From Tubulanus polymorphus (taxonomy: Eukaryota > Animalia > Nemertea), in the NCBI RefSeq assembly GCF_964204645.1, contig NC_134031.1, positions 5,022,001 through 5,086,000 of the forward strand: a stretch of DNA of 64,000 nucleotides, read 5' to 3'. The position numbers were made by a program, and so were the translations under genes. Within the stretch, counting starts at the first letter, position 1. Each line of letters starts with the position of its first letter. The notes beneath the pieces are model-generated. The model was not told where the DNA came from and ran no database searches. It was given only the letters and a program-made list of their open reading frames with translations. Positions 1 through 14,600 of this stretch are shown here, one piece after another.

Positions 1-3000
1 CTCATAGATGGCCGATCATACAACGTTGGTTTTTGGGACACGCCAGGGCAGGTTAGTAGGATGCATTCGGCGAAAATATTCGTTTGTCGTCTCGCGTGAA
101 TGATTTTTCGATTTTGCATGGAAGTGTATGATCCGGGTAAATCACACATTTTACATTCCCTTCGTCTTTCGATTCCACGAATCGAGCGAGGTACACTACA
201 TTGCAAGTTCAGAAGTGATTTCGTCATACAGGTCTGCAGCCTTAATACACTCCAAACCGTCACCTTGAAACCACTATCAAAGTCTAAACGATCACTTTTG
301 AACGTTAAAATGACTTTATGGCTTTTGAAGACACATTAAAATTAGTTTGTTAATCACCAAAAGTCTGTTTTGGCCAACCAGTAGGTTGACAATTGCATTT
401 GAATTGACAATGCGTTATTTTCTATGGGGACGAAAACATCCCGATTCGGAAAATATATAATTATCTCCAATTGAATTTTCAGGAGGATTACCATCGTATA
501 CGGCCGTTGTACTATCCCCACACGGACGTGTTCCTCATGTGTTTCAGCCTCGACGATCAGTCTTCATTCGAAAACATCAGAGAGCAATGGCTACCGGAAG
601 TGAGACTTCACTGCCCGAATGTACCCTGTTTGATCGTCGGATGCAAAGCTGGTGTGTATAATTCTATGCAACGGTCAAATCACATTTCGCAATGAAAAAT
701 GAAACTCCAATTTATTTCTCCATTTTAATCATTTCTTTTCTGCACTGCCTTTTGGTTGGTTCTTAATTGGTAATGATTCGTAATGTCTTATCGTAAGCGG
801 TTGATATTAAGCCATTAAGCATCAACATTCTAATTTCCAGCGTTTCTGTTTACTAAAAGATTCGCCCGCAAAAGAATTGAATAGCAAAAAAATACAAATT
901 CCAATCTTTCCTCAATTTGAAAATTTGTCATTTTCTCCAGCCCATATGAAAAGAAAAAAGAAACTTTGAAAGCAATTTTCCACTGCCAGTACATTGGTGA
1001 ATTTCCCCATTTAGATTTGCGATGGGATACCGATGCAAGCTCTAGGACATTAGTTTCAACTAAGAGCATTCAACAGTTGTCCAAAGAACTGAGATTCGAT
1101 TACTTCGAAACTAGTGCGAAATCTTGTGTCGGCCTAAAAGAAGCGTTTGAAGCAGCGGTAATGTATCGGGCATGACCATCCAATTCGAAAAAGTTTAATG
1201 TCGATTATAACTATTTCAATTCATGTTATAGATTAAAGAATTCGAACTCGAAAAATCGCGCAGATCGTTAAGAGGGAAATTACGTGGCTTCGGGCGCAAG
1301 CGAAAACCGTTGCCGATCACACCTATCATGCCCCCTGTTGGTAAAAAGATGAACTACGTATGCCACTGAGAGGTGTTACTCGCGTATGGTTATCAACAGT
1401 TATTGATTATTTCAGGTAAAGCACCTGTGGTTGTAGTTGAGACGTCCAGATTTGCGTCAGATTGGAAACGAATTTTGGAAAGTCCTCGCCACAGTGACGT
1501 CACGTTTCTGTTAAACGACGGCCAAAGACTCGACGCCCACGCGGTTCTACTCGCCAGTGCGTCCGAGTTCTTCAGGCGAGCTTTAGGAATAGAAGCCGTT
1601 GAGGTGAAGAATACGTTATTCGTTGAAAACTTTGTAGATAGTCCTTTGAGAATAAATTCAATCTTTGCTCACAGGTTGGCGCCAAACCTATCAAAATAGG
1701 CCTTGGTGTATACAGATACCTCCAAAAGTATATGTATTTTAAATAGCAGGCCCGTGCCCAAAAAATCTCGAGTTCCACTATTTTTTGTCAAGGGAAATTT
1801 CTTAGACTTGATTTCACGTCTCTCGTCTCTCGCACTTGCTCACATTCATATAACTATGATACAGATATAGACACTGTTATCAAAAAATTTGCCAGTCTCC
1901 ATAAACGAAGGATGAGAATGCAGTACATGTTGTTCGAATAATAGACCTAATAAAAACTTGTTCTGAATATGTTTCGAGGATTAATTACTCATTTTTTCAG
2001 TGACATTTTTTTATATAAAATATTCACTAGAATTTGGTCAGAAATGCATCTAAAACGTTTCCATTTTCAAAATTTTCTTGGGAGGACCCCCAAACTCCCC
2101 TTAGCGGTCGCCATCTAAAGCAATCAAAAAGTTCAACCCACTCTAAATTCGCACCCACCCAAAAGAGTGGCTGCGTACGGGCCTGAATAGTATATGTATA
2201 TGTTTGTAAATAAGGTTTGTTATTTTTTTTAAATGCTGATATTTTCTGTTTTTGTAATGATTTTAAATACTCTCCCTTCTTCCATATACCATGGAAATGG
2301 TTGGAGTGTGAATGAGATTCTATTTTAATTCTTTTGATCATTAAAACGCTCACCGATCGCTCTACATTGTCGTTTTGATTAAAATTGTGATTCACTCCAC
2401 CTCCAACAGTTTCTGTTCATTTTACAGAAAAACCAGTTGTCGAAAGTGAAATCGCAGTATCAGGCAGTTTCGCCAGACGCTATAAACGCTGGTAGCGTGC
2501 GAGGAATAAGCGGTGTTGTGAAAGAGAAAATAGATGGCGCTGAACGGACTGTATTTACGATTTCCGACGAAATAGCACCGCAGAATTTCGTCTACATTTT
2601 AGAATACCTTTACAGCGGTAAATATTGATGTTTCTAGGCCCGTTATGAGGGTGATAGTAGCATCTATTGGCCATCCAGTTTTGTAGACTAGAACTACTGA
2701 CTCAGCATACCTCCGATCCGTATCTCGGAAAATCGCCTTGATCAGAAAAACCTTTCAAATCGAATAACTCAAACTCCAAAATTCCAATACGTCTGCTATG
2801 GTTCTTAGACTCACCACTCAGATGATGTTGGACGGTTCTAAGAAATCCGAGGGATGCAGTATGTGTCTGAGTACGATCAACCCTGATCTATGCGAAAACC
2901 AAGATAAGGGTCCACAGTTGTCATTTCGAGTTGGAATGTGTTTTCTCAAAATGTCAAGTCCCGGGTCCCTTCAATGTCTACTCTATTTAAAGGTTTGCCG

Positions 3001-5231
3001 AACTTCAACGACAGCGTTCCCGGTGACGAGGAACTCGAAAGTCTGAAGAATACCGCCGACATTTTCGCCTTGGACGAATTGGTAAAAATCTGCGAAAACC
3101 AGTCCAACGACGAAGAATGTCTGAACCCTAGTATCGGAACGTATCTGAGTGACGAAACCGGCCAGCGCATGAAACAACTGTTCTTCAACAAACCGCACCT
3201 CGCCGACGTCATCTTCAAATTGAACGGTATTTTCTTCTACGAAACATTTGCTTCTTTTTTGCAGAAAATTGCTTTGATCTATGCCAGCACGCGGTTTTGA
3301 ATTTGAAACTAATCTACAAATATATGTATATAATTCCCTTTGGATCATTGAATGAGATATTTCCATGAATTTCTTTCACACAGAAAGGGATCTCAAACAA
3401 TTTATTTCTTTTACTGATATAATTTTGGATTTCTGGACGCCGTAAAAAACCGTTACAAAACAGGTTTATACATTGATAACTACGAAGCATTATTCAATAG
3501 ATCGATGTGCACTACGTCATTAATAATGAGGTTTTTTTTCAATTACAATTGTGAATATTGGCTTTATTTTGTAATAAAATCTAATTTCATGACTCATTTT
3601 ATTTATCGTATTTTTGTGTATTTTTACTAATGAATTAATATGAGTGGATGTGAATGCGTAACTTTCTTATTCGAGACGTCAATAAACTTTCAAGTTAGGT
3701 TTTCTTGTTTCTAGATACGAAGGTATACGCTCACAAGGCTGTGTTGGGGGCGCGATGTGAAGTACTGTCGGCGATGTTCAGCGGTAATTTCAGCGAAGGG
3801 ACCGAATCGTGCTCCGAGGTAAACACCATTTCCAAAAAATCCGTTGAAACCATACAGTTGTCTCTTAACCCCATATTTACAAATTCTTCTATTTTTCGGG
3901 GTGTATCAAAGGTCAGGAAATAAGATACCGTTACTACCAGTTCACGTAACAGTTTATTTTCGGTCGCAAAATATTTTCTTTGAGCCATAATATTTTATAT
4001 CTTAAGCCAGTTACGAAGGTCGAAAAAGCTTTACGGCAAACAATTAAATTCTAGTTATTGTATCTTTACCAAACTTGAACGATAAACCCTCCGAAAATGT
4101 ATTAAGTTTTTTTTGCAGATAAAAATTCCCGATGTCGATGAAAAAACTTTTCTAGCTTTGTTGGAATTTCTTTACACCGACCAAGTGCTGATAGAAGATG
4201 GCGATGCGATTGGTATTCTTGTATTGGCCGATCAGTACTGCTTGCCGAGATTGGTTAATCTATGCGAATTGTACATCACCGAAGAAGTCGGCAGGGCCGT
4301 GACTAAAAACATCGAAAAAGCCGATATAGACGTCATATCGCTTCTATATACGGCGGATGTAAGTGCAATCACCAGATGGCGCTACAAAACACAAATTTAT
4401 TCAAAAATATACGACGTTTTGATCTCACCCTAGAGATCATCGTTACACTGGGTTGTTCATAATGAAAACCAGTTAAGGCTTTAAGGCTTCCAAATGTGAG
4501 AATTAACATCGAAGTCGATTTTTAACTTCCAAATCCGAAGATTATCAAATGAGTCATCGGATAGGCATAAGATTAACTTTTTCACTCAGTGTATGGTACT
4601 AATAGTTGCCTAATGAGTAAGTTGTATCGAATTTATTTGAAATGTAGAAAGATATTGAGGCAGTGCCCACTAGCGATCCTAGCTGATTATCGCTGAATCC
4701 TCGCTTGCCACTGTTGCGTTGCCGGTATCCCGATCAATACGTTCGTTCTCGCAGTTGACGAATTCGGATATTTCCTTATTAACAAAACTGAAACGAGGTA
4801 AAAATTATATTTGAAATATATTGTACAATATAAAAAACTCGTTTCGCTTTTTGAATTTGAGAAAAGAACGCTAACTAAGTTACTATTTACTCGCCGAGTG
4901 AAGAATTTAGAAAAAGCGTGATATTTTTGAAATGGCCGGGCTGGGAGTGAGGAAACGTACGTTACCTCGGCGGTCCTAAAGATATCTTTATTCACTCAAA
5001 ATTTCTTGTATTTTGCAGCGTCACAACGCCGAGCAATTAGTAACATGGTGTCTACATTTCATCAGCAGTAACTACATCGCCTTCGAGAACAGGCCCGACT
5101 TCTGTAATTTGAAAGGCGAGTTCCTAGATCACGTCGAGAAGCACCGCTGGCCGCCTCTGTCGTATCTGAACGAAGTTCAAGAATACGAAATTCAGATGAC
5201 AAAACAAGGCGAATCATGCCAGGTCATGTAA
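1..5231 (+). CDS. RhoBTB: RhoBTB/RacA-like protein, copy 1 (5'-truncated by window). Exons <1-51, 483-651, 1015-1157, 1232-1340, 1416-1603, 2428-2617, 2993-3226, 3715-3818, 4119-4358, 5019-5231
   Basis: GT-AG exons join in frame. Motifs: WDTPGQ|EDY (G3), GCKAD (G4), ETSAK (G5), BTB1 [31 protein letters not shown]2 [25 protein letters not shown]-terminal CaaX CQVM. Exon lengths match copy 2. Confidence 0.9.
1747..2185. mobile_element. 439-bp non-autonomous DNA transposon (MITE) with 5-bp TSD
   Basis: TIRs CAGGCCCGT...ACGGGCCTG; AATAG duplicated at 1742-1746 and 2186-2190; the paralogous intron of copy 2 (~11197) has a single AATAG empty site. Confidence 0.85.
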
Positions 5232-7320
5232 TCACACGAACTAAAAAAGGGTATAACAATGGAAAGTCATTTGCGGAAACTTACAATGGTATTTTTGTGT
5301 GGCGCACACAGAAATCCGAGAAATCAGCATGGTCGGATCGATCTAAATACTCATAAAAAAGACGGCTATTCTGTTTGTGATAGTGAAGACCGATGACACT
5401 TTATTAATATCTATCTTTAAATACATTGTGTACATAGCTTAAATAAAATAAGTATTTCATGTCTTCGAATAAGATAATTCTGTGATCCCAGCCACTTTAT
5501 ATAAGGGCAATCCACGCAAACACGCGGCCCCTCGATCTCAGCCACTTTAATTAAGGGTAATCCACGCACGGGTATGTCGGTTTGTCGGTATGTCAGTTTG
5601 TCGGTTTGTCGGTATGTTCGCACGTCCCTATAGCGTAATGTCGTAAGATTCAATCAGTCTAATATTGGCGGATTTATTTCAAATACCAGTCCAATGTGAT
5701 AAGTCTCTGCTGGAACTATTTAATGCTTATTATGGACTTGAGCCCGTCACTTTTAGGAAGGCACCTAAAAAAAATTTGGTAATTTTGTGTTATTGATAGT
5801 AACTTCTTCATGTTTTGAGATACAATGTACAATTTTTCATTGAGGTTAAAGTTTTATCTGAGGATTTTGTTGATACTGCTTGCATGTACATATTTTGTAT
5901 TTCGTATGAATAAAACCCATTTTGTTGAAATGATGATATTTCGAAGCGAATTACTTTCACTCAGTGAGGCGAACTAGAAAATGTCGCCTAGACACAACCG
6001 AATACAACATTCTTCCTAACAGATATATATATATATCCGGAGCCTTTTTAGAATTAGCTAATTTTGATTCGACGTATGGTCAGCATCAGATTCGTATTCA
6101 GGATTTTGCATGAATCTACAACTAGGTCTGGGCATTTGAAATTTTCTATCCACAGAACGCTTATCATTCTTATCGAAGTATTTGTTTAACATTTTTCTCT
6201 ACAAAAATCACGCATATTCGACGGACAAAGGAGGTACAAAATTAACAAAAAGACACATATATCTCAAGGGTTTCGCTGCAATATACATATATACATATGT
6301 CGGCTTTTCGACATAAACACGTAAAATATTGATTATTTAAAATATTTTACATAACAATATGTACAATTATCATGTTTGTATATGTACATACATGTACATT
6401 ATTACAGAGTGAATTGAATATATCTCCTAATAAGAAACGCCTCTAACAAATCTACTCTTCTACGAGTCAATTCACCAATTCATTTCACGAATTCGTTACT
6501 CGCAAATGAATAACTTTGTTATTTGATTTCACTTTTCACTTTACATGGTGACAATGTAAAAATTCAAGAAATTTTACAAAATGGAGGATTTTCTCTCTCA
6601 TTCAACTGAATGAAAGGAGACTTTTTAGCAATCCTTCTAATTGGTACAGAACTGGGAAATATATCGGATATTCAGTTGTTGTCCACGATTTTTGGGATTC
6701 TGTTAAGACCTAAATGAGCCCCAAAAAGTAAGCAAAATATCCCCAAAAAACAGGTCTCATCCATTAATAAATAGACATTAGTGTCTGTGGTACATCAGAC
6801 ACTAAGGTTCTTGGTGAAATTGAGCTACGGTCTCTCGCTTCCGCTCGGCCAAAACCCACTTCAATGTTTTCCGTTCACGCCATGATGTTTCAACGGACAA
6901 ACACATTAAGGAATTTACTAACGAAACTAAGTATCTTTGATATCAATCTCAGTTCATTTCATAGACAGACACGACTGTTCTCTGATTCTGGTGAAATACA
7001 TGTGAATCAATGAAACTAACGTTAAGGGCTGTTGAATACCAGCGTTGATTTCCAAGCTAACTGAATAAACGAAAACTGGAATATGGTTATCTAATTATAT
7101 CATAATGTATTATTCAAAAGTTACTTAAACAAAGGTAGCGCCGTTCTGCAACTACGGTTTAATCAGGGGTCAGCATCGGTCAGCGTTTACCGATGCGCTA
7201 CTAACGTAATCAGTTAGGGAACAAAATAAAAACGACTGTGAAACACTAACGCGGCAGAAGTCTGCAATGCGGGACTCGAACTCGAAATACATTCTAAAAA
7301 TAGACATTACAGCGAAGAGC

Positions 7321-7442
7321 TATAAATAGCAATAGCTCTGGAAGTATATAACGATTGCGCCGTGCCAGTCAGAGCATTATTCATTCGACAGTCTGGAGCT
7401 AGACGGACACGGATCCTCCTCTCAAATCGCAATCAAACAGAG
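7321..7442 (+). promoter_or_regulatory. Probable TATA promoter and non-coding first exon of RhoBTB copy 2
   Basis: TATAAATAG at 7321, Inr-like CCAGTC about 25 nt downstream, strong donor AG|GTAAGA at 7443, 1.2 kb upstream of the ATG exon. Confidence 0.5.
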
Positions 7443-8664
7443 GTAAGAATTCTTTCACAGATTATAATTGCTTGGTTAGAGTGATACTTTTGTTAATTTG
7501 AAAAAAGTAAATACGGTTCACAGATTTATGTATACAATGTTATGATTTTTTGTTATGATATTTATTATGTTATTGCTAGGTTTTAATTTCTCAATTCATT
7601 CATAATCAGTTATTTCACTCTTGACGCACGATTCAAACCAAATTGGTATATACAATGTATATATTTGAAATTAATGAAATTAGAAATCTTTCTACTGGCG
7701 TCCAACCACGAACGGATGCAGATTTATCTTCATTCGTTCCTTCATTAAATTCTAACTTCCGGGGTGAAATCAATGCGTTTTTAAGACATCGTTATGTTTT
7801 ATTTAATTTCCAACGATGCTGTCATTTCAATGTGTTTACAATTTTTAATTAATATTCATGCGCTTAATGTTGAATAGATCCTAGTTTTTTATGGCTCATA
7901 TGGACAGCGGTATTCTATGTTGGCAATTATTTATGATTTATCAATACAACCATGTAGCCTACGAATAATAAACACGCGATAATATAACTTCCTTATTTGA
8001 TAAATTAATGACACACATGCGATGCTAAAACCTGTTCAGTAACTTATGCATTTTCCGATAGATGGCGAAGTAGAAAGGTTTGCATTTTTGGAAATTTTGT
8101 ATGCTATTTGGCCTAGTAATTCCGGTGAATTTCTGCGAGTTAGCGTCGTACGAAAATCAACACTAAATTTTCTTAGGGACGCGAAAGATTTTGCGCTGTG
8201 GCAAAAATAGATTTTCTCTTAATTTTCTGCGACAGAGAACTGACCAATATGTGGAAGAACTGGCAATACATTGTGCAAATTTATATTCGGCAACTTAGTT
8301 TCTATCGCTTTGTTGAAATTTTCTCCTAATTTTTTTTTCATTTGTATTCGTTTATTTAGTTCATATCTCTTTGGAGATATTGAAATCGTCTTTCTGAAAA
8401 TATGTACAACTTTTACTCATCTCATTCAAAAGCCCACAGTTCTAACAAATTTGAAGTGGCATTTTTGAAGTTTTCAGGATCATCAATATGTAGTTTTATA
8501 TGCTTTTCACAATTTTCAATCATAATTTTTTCAGTTTTTATAAAACTGAAGAATATCAAAGCAAAACTTGGTGTCAACCCGGAAGATTTCCGATTCTAAT
8601 TCCGAGGACTGTGTATCCTGAATATCATTTCTGAATCTGTATTAAGACATCAAACCGCGAAGAG

Positions 8665-11600
8665 ATGTCGGGCGTGTGTGATAATGTAAAACTAGTGGTA
8701 GTGGGCGATGGTGCCGTCGGTAAAAGTTGTCTATTGATATCGTTCGCTACGGGTAGTTTTCCCGGTGAATATATACCGACTGTCTTTGATAATTACTCAC
8801 AGAATATGCTCATAGATGGCCGACCATACAACATTGGTCTTTGGGACACTGCAGGGCAGGTAAGTAGGATGCTTTCGGCGAAAAATTTCGTTTATCGTCT
8901 CGTGTGGATGATTTTTCGATTTTGCATGGTAGTGTATATGATACGGGTAAATAACACATTTCACATTTCCTTCGTCTTTCGATTACCACGAATTGAGTGA
9001 GGTGCACCACATTGGAAGTGGTCCCGAAGTGATTTTGTAATACAGGTCTGCAGCCTTAATTATTCAAACCGCCACCTTGAAACCATCATCGAAGTCTAAA
9101 CGATCATTTTTGAACGTTAAAACGACTTCTTTTGGCTTTTGTAGACACATTTTTAGTTTTGTTATTCACCAAAAGTCCAAAGTCCGGTTGGGCCAACCAG
9201 TACGTAACTGCATTAGAATTGCGTAATTTTCTATGGGGACAGAAACATCCCGTAGCGAACAAAGCCGGGCGTTAGGTCGGAGTGCGACTACTCTATTGCT
9301 ACTACTCTAGAGATTGTTACGTCGCATCGCTAAAATATAGAACATGTGCGACGCATTGCGGCGCGATCGTCACAGGCGATCGTGAACAATCGCGTCGCGG
9401 TGAGTTTAAGTCGCCAATGAAAATGAACCACAGTCGTATGGAAACTTTTATCTATTTTGTTTTAAGCACCGCTATGGCGACGGTGACTCGCATGCAACTA
9501 ATACTGGCAGGCGATGGCAACATCGGTAAATCCATGTTAATTCACGCGAACGCCGATGATGGTATTCCACCCGAATACGGAGCTCGGATGGACCCAAGCC
9601 TCGGTTTTGAACTCTACGCCTTGGTGACCATTGACGGAAAAAAATACAATATCAGTCTATTTGAATCGGGTCCGGTATGTATCTCGTATACATCACTCTC
9701 TGTATAACCTTTCCCCGAGAGAAAATCGATATTATGCGCTTAAATCGTGGTAATCGGACGAGAGTTTCGCCAGCCTCCAAAAACTAGGTTCGAATCTCGA
9801 AAGGGTTTGGAATTCTTGGACTAATTGATCCCGGTGATAATTTCGGATCTTGTTGTTTCGATTCATTCGGAAAATCTATAATTTCTCCAATTGAATTTTC
9901 AGGAGGATTACGATCGTTTACGGCCGTTGTCCTATCCGCAAACGGACGTGTTCCTGATGTGTTTCAGCGTCGACCGTCCGACTTCATTCGAAAACATCAG
10001 AGATAAATGGTACCCCGAAGTGAGACGTCACTGCCCGAATGTACCCTGTTTGATCGTTGGGTGCAAAGCTGGTGTGTATATAAGTCAATCCAACGGTCAA
10101 ATCACGTTTCGCAATGAAAAATGATACTCCAATTTGTTTCTCCATTATTTAATCAATTCTGCTCTGCACTGCCTTTTGATTGGTTCTTAATTGGTAATGA
10201 TTCGTAATGTCTTATCGTAAGCGGTTGATATTGAGCCATTTTAAATTAAGCGTCAACATTCTATTTCCCAGCGTTTCTGTTTATAGAAAGATTCGCCCGC
10301 GAAAGAATTCAATAGAAAAAAAAATTAAATTCCAATTTATCCACAATTTGAAAGTTTTTTACATTCTCCAGCCCACTATCTTAAATGACAAGAAAAAAGA
10401 AACTTTGATGTAATTTTTCTGCCAGTACATGTGTGAATTTCCACAATGTCCCCATTTAGATTTGCGATGGGATGCCCATGCAAGCACGAGGACATTAGTT
10501 TCAACTAAGAGCATTCAGCAGTTATCCAAAGAACTGGGATTCCAGTACTTCGAAACTAGTGCGAAATCTAGTGCCGGCCTAAAAGAAGCGTTTGGAGCAG
10601 CGGTAATGTATCGGGCTTCTTATGCTTGACCATCTATTTCGAAAAAGCTTTATGTCGATTATAAATATATCAATTCATGTTATAGATTAAAGAATTTGAA
10701 CTCGAAAAATCGCGCAGATCGTTGAAAGGGAAAGTACGTGGCTTCGGGCGCAAGCGAAAACCGCTGCCGATCGCACCTATCATGCCCCCTGCTGGTAAAA
10801 ACATGAACTACGTATGCCAAACTGAGCGTTATTCGCTTATGATTACTTACAGTTATTGATTATTTCAGGCAAAGCACCTGTGGTTGAAGTTGAGACGTCC
10901 AGATTTGCGTCAGATTGGAAACGAATTTTGGAAAGTCCTCGCCACAGTGACGTCACGTTTCTGTTAAACGACGGCCAAAGACTCGACGCCCACGCGGTTT
11001 TACTCGCCAGTGCGTCCGAGTTCTTCAGACGAGCTTTAGGATTAGAAGCTGTTGAGGTGAAGAATACATGTTTCGTTGAAAACTTAGTAGATATTCCTTT
11101 GAGAATAAGTTCAATCTTTGCTCACTAGGTGGTGCCAAACCGGTGTCAAAATAGGCATTGATGTATACAGATTCCTCCAAAAGTATATGTATTGTAAATA
11201 GTATACATACATTTGGTTTTGTAAAATAAGGTCTGTTTTAAAATGCCGATATTGTCTGTTTTTGTAATCAATTGTGAACACTGTTTCTTCCTCCATATAC
11301 CATGGAAATGGTTGGAGTTTAAATGGATATATTTTATTCTGCTGATGGTAAAATGCTCACCGATCGCTCTAACATTCTAGATATGTCGTTTTGATTAGAA
11401 TTTAGACTCACTTGCCTCCAACAGTCTCGGTTCGTGTTACAGGAAAACCAGTTGTCGAAAGTGAAATCGCAGTATCAGGCAGTTTCGCCAGACGCTATAA
11501 ACGCTGGTAGCGTGCGAGGAATAAGCGGTGTTGTGAACGAGAAAATAGATGGCGCTGAACGGACTGTATTTACGATTTCCGACGAAATAGCACCGCAGAA

Positions 11601-14600
11601 TTTCGTCTACATTTTAGAATACCTTTACAGCGGTAAATATTGATGTTTCTAGGCCGGTTCAGAGGGTGATAGCACCATCTATTGGCCATCCGGTTTTGTA
11701 GACTGGAACTACTGACTTGGCATACTTCCGATCCGTATCTCGGAATATCGCTCCGCTCAGAAAACCCTTTCAAATCAAATAACTCGAAATCCAAAAATTC
11801 CCAATTGTCTGCCATGGTTCATAAACTCAACACTCAGACGATGTCGGACGGTTCCGAGAAATCCGAGTCTACTGTATAAACAACCCTGATCTATGCGAGA
11901 ACCGGGACCAGGTTGCACACGTCATCTCGAGTTGGAATACTTTTATTCTGAGTCAAATCTTAACCGAAAACTGTGGAACTAGGTCCGAGTCAATTTTGTA
12001 ATTTCTTATCGTTCAAATGTAATTGATTTTCAGTTATATCGCCCTATATTTGACCAGACTACCGACTAGTTATCAGATACCCAAAATGTCAAGTCCCGGG
12101 TCCCTTCAATGTCTCCTTTATTTAAAGGTTTGCCTAACTTCGACGACAGCGTTCCCGGTGACGAGGAAATCGAAAATCTGAAAAATACCGCCGACATTTT
12201 CGCCTTGAACGAATTGGTAAATATCTGCGAAAACCAGTCCAACGACGAAGAATTTCTGAACCCTAGTATCGGAACGTATCTAAATGACGAAACCGGCCAG
12301 CGCATGAAACAACTGTTCTTCAACAAACCGCACCTCGCTGACGTCATCTTCAAATTGAACGGTATTTTCATCTTTTACGAAACATTTGTTTTTTTTAAAC
12401 AAGAGCCGGTTTCGTACAAGGCTTTTTTTACAGTTCCCAGGTGCCACGATTTTTGGTAACCGCTGGGTCCGCATTGTTGAATTTTTGTCCCTATTTTTCT
12501 TCTAATTTAATTTTCTTATTTCGTTCATATCTCTGGATTGGATTGTGATAGAAACAAAGTAAAATTATCGATGAACTCAGCTGATAATTAACTGCTTTAT
12601 GATATTACTCATTCATAAAGTTGATGCAACAATGCGCCCGGGTGAAGTTATAAACATATCGTCTTTCCAATAATTCAACTTGAATTATTACTCATCTCAT
12701 TCAAAAGTTCGTCATTCTAACAAATTTCAATCAAATTTTGTGAATTTTCAGGATCAATATTTACTTATGAGTGGTTTTATCTTCATTAGTTTTTCAGTAA
12801 TTGCGAGTCAAACTTCCAATGCACGTTTCCAGCACGCGGTTTTGAAGTTAAAACCGATCTATGAATATGCGTAATTCCCTTTGAATCATTGAACGAAATA
12901 TTTCCACGAATAACATTCGCACAGAAAGGGATTTAAAACAATTCATTTAATTTACTGACATAAGTTTGGATTTCTGGACGCTGTAAACACCGTTACAGTA
13001 ATTGGTTTATACATTGATCACTACAAGGCGTTATATTACGGGGCGGTGTGTACTACGTCATCAATATTGACGGTTTCTTCCAATTACAACTGTGAATATT
13101 GGCCTTAATTTTGTCATAAAACCTAATTTCATGACTCTTATTTAGCAGATTTTTGTGCATTTTTAGTAATCACATGAGTAGATGTGATGTATTTTTTTTC
13201 AATCCAAGACGTCAACTTTCAAGTTAGGTTTTCTTGTTTCTAGATACGAAGGTATACGCTCATAAGGCTGTGTTGGGGGCACGATGTGAAGTACTGTCGG
13301 CGATGTTCAGCGGTAGTTTCAACGAAGGGACCGAATCGTGCTCCGAGGTAACGACACCATTTCATGATCCTTTACATATATACCAGCAAACATCCGTTGA
13401 AACCACAAGGTGTCTCCTAGCCCCGGATTTACAGATTCTTCGATTTTTCTGGGTTAAATTAAAGGTCACGAAATAAGATACCGTTGCACCAGTTCACGCA
13501 TATCAAAATACATACAACGAATACTGAGTAATAGATCGTATAGTCGGTTAATTTTTAGCCGCAAAATATTTTCCTTGCGCGTAATATTTTATATCTTAGC
13601 CAGTTACGAAGGTCGAAAAAGCTTCATGGCAAACAACTAAATTTTAGTTATTGCAATCTTTATTAAACTTTAACAAAAAACCCTCCCAAAATGTATTTCG
13701 TTTTTTTTCAGATAAAAATTCCCGATGTTGATGAAGAAACGTTTCTAGCTCTGTTGGAATTTCTATATACCGACCACGCGCCGATAGAAGATGGCGATTC
13801 GGTTGGTATTCTTGTACTGGCCGATCAGTACTGCGTGCCGAGACTGGTTAATCTATGCGAATTGTACATCACCAAAGAAGTCGACAGGGCCGTGACTAAA
13901 AACATCGAAAAAGCCGACATAGACGTCATATCGCTTCTCTATACGTCGGAAGTAAGTGCATCCTATACGACAATGGGATACCGGCACTCACCCGATAGCG
14001 CAACAAAACACTGGGTTATTCATAGTGAAAACCAGTTTATTTTCAATGAAATTTGAACTCGACTTTTAGGCTTCAAATCCGAAAATTATCATTGAAGTTG
14101 ATATTTAGGTTTCCAAATCCAAAAATAAACGTGTCATCAGATAGATATAAGATCAGCTATCAATACTCAGTGTATGGTATAGATTTCACTGAAAATTGAT
14201 TCACTAACGAGAAAAGTCGATTCGAATTTTAATTGAAATGTAGAAGGATATTGACAGGCGCGGATACTCACCACTACCGAGAGAGGCAGTGCCCACTAGC
14301 GATCCTGGTGGATTATTGCTGGATCCTCGCGTTGCCGGTATCCCGATCGAAACGTTTGTACTCCCGAAGACGAAATCGGATTTTTCCGTAACAAAAATGA
14401 AGCGAAGGCGAAGTAAATTTTCCTCGAGAAAATTCTACGTGAAATAGTGCACAATATATAAAACTCGAAAAAAGAACGCTCACTCAGTTACTTTTCCTTC
14501 GACAAGTTCTTCTCACGGCCCCGATTGAAAGATATTGATATAGCGTAAAATACAACTTTTGAAATGGCCGGGCTGGGAGTGAGGGAACGTTAGTTACCTC

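Noticed and set aside
9745-9810. tRNA-like GGTTCGAATC motif
   Set aside because: No cloverleaf; at most a SINE remnant.
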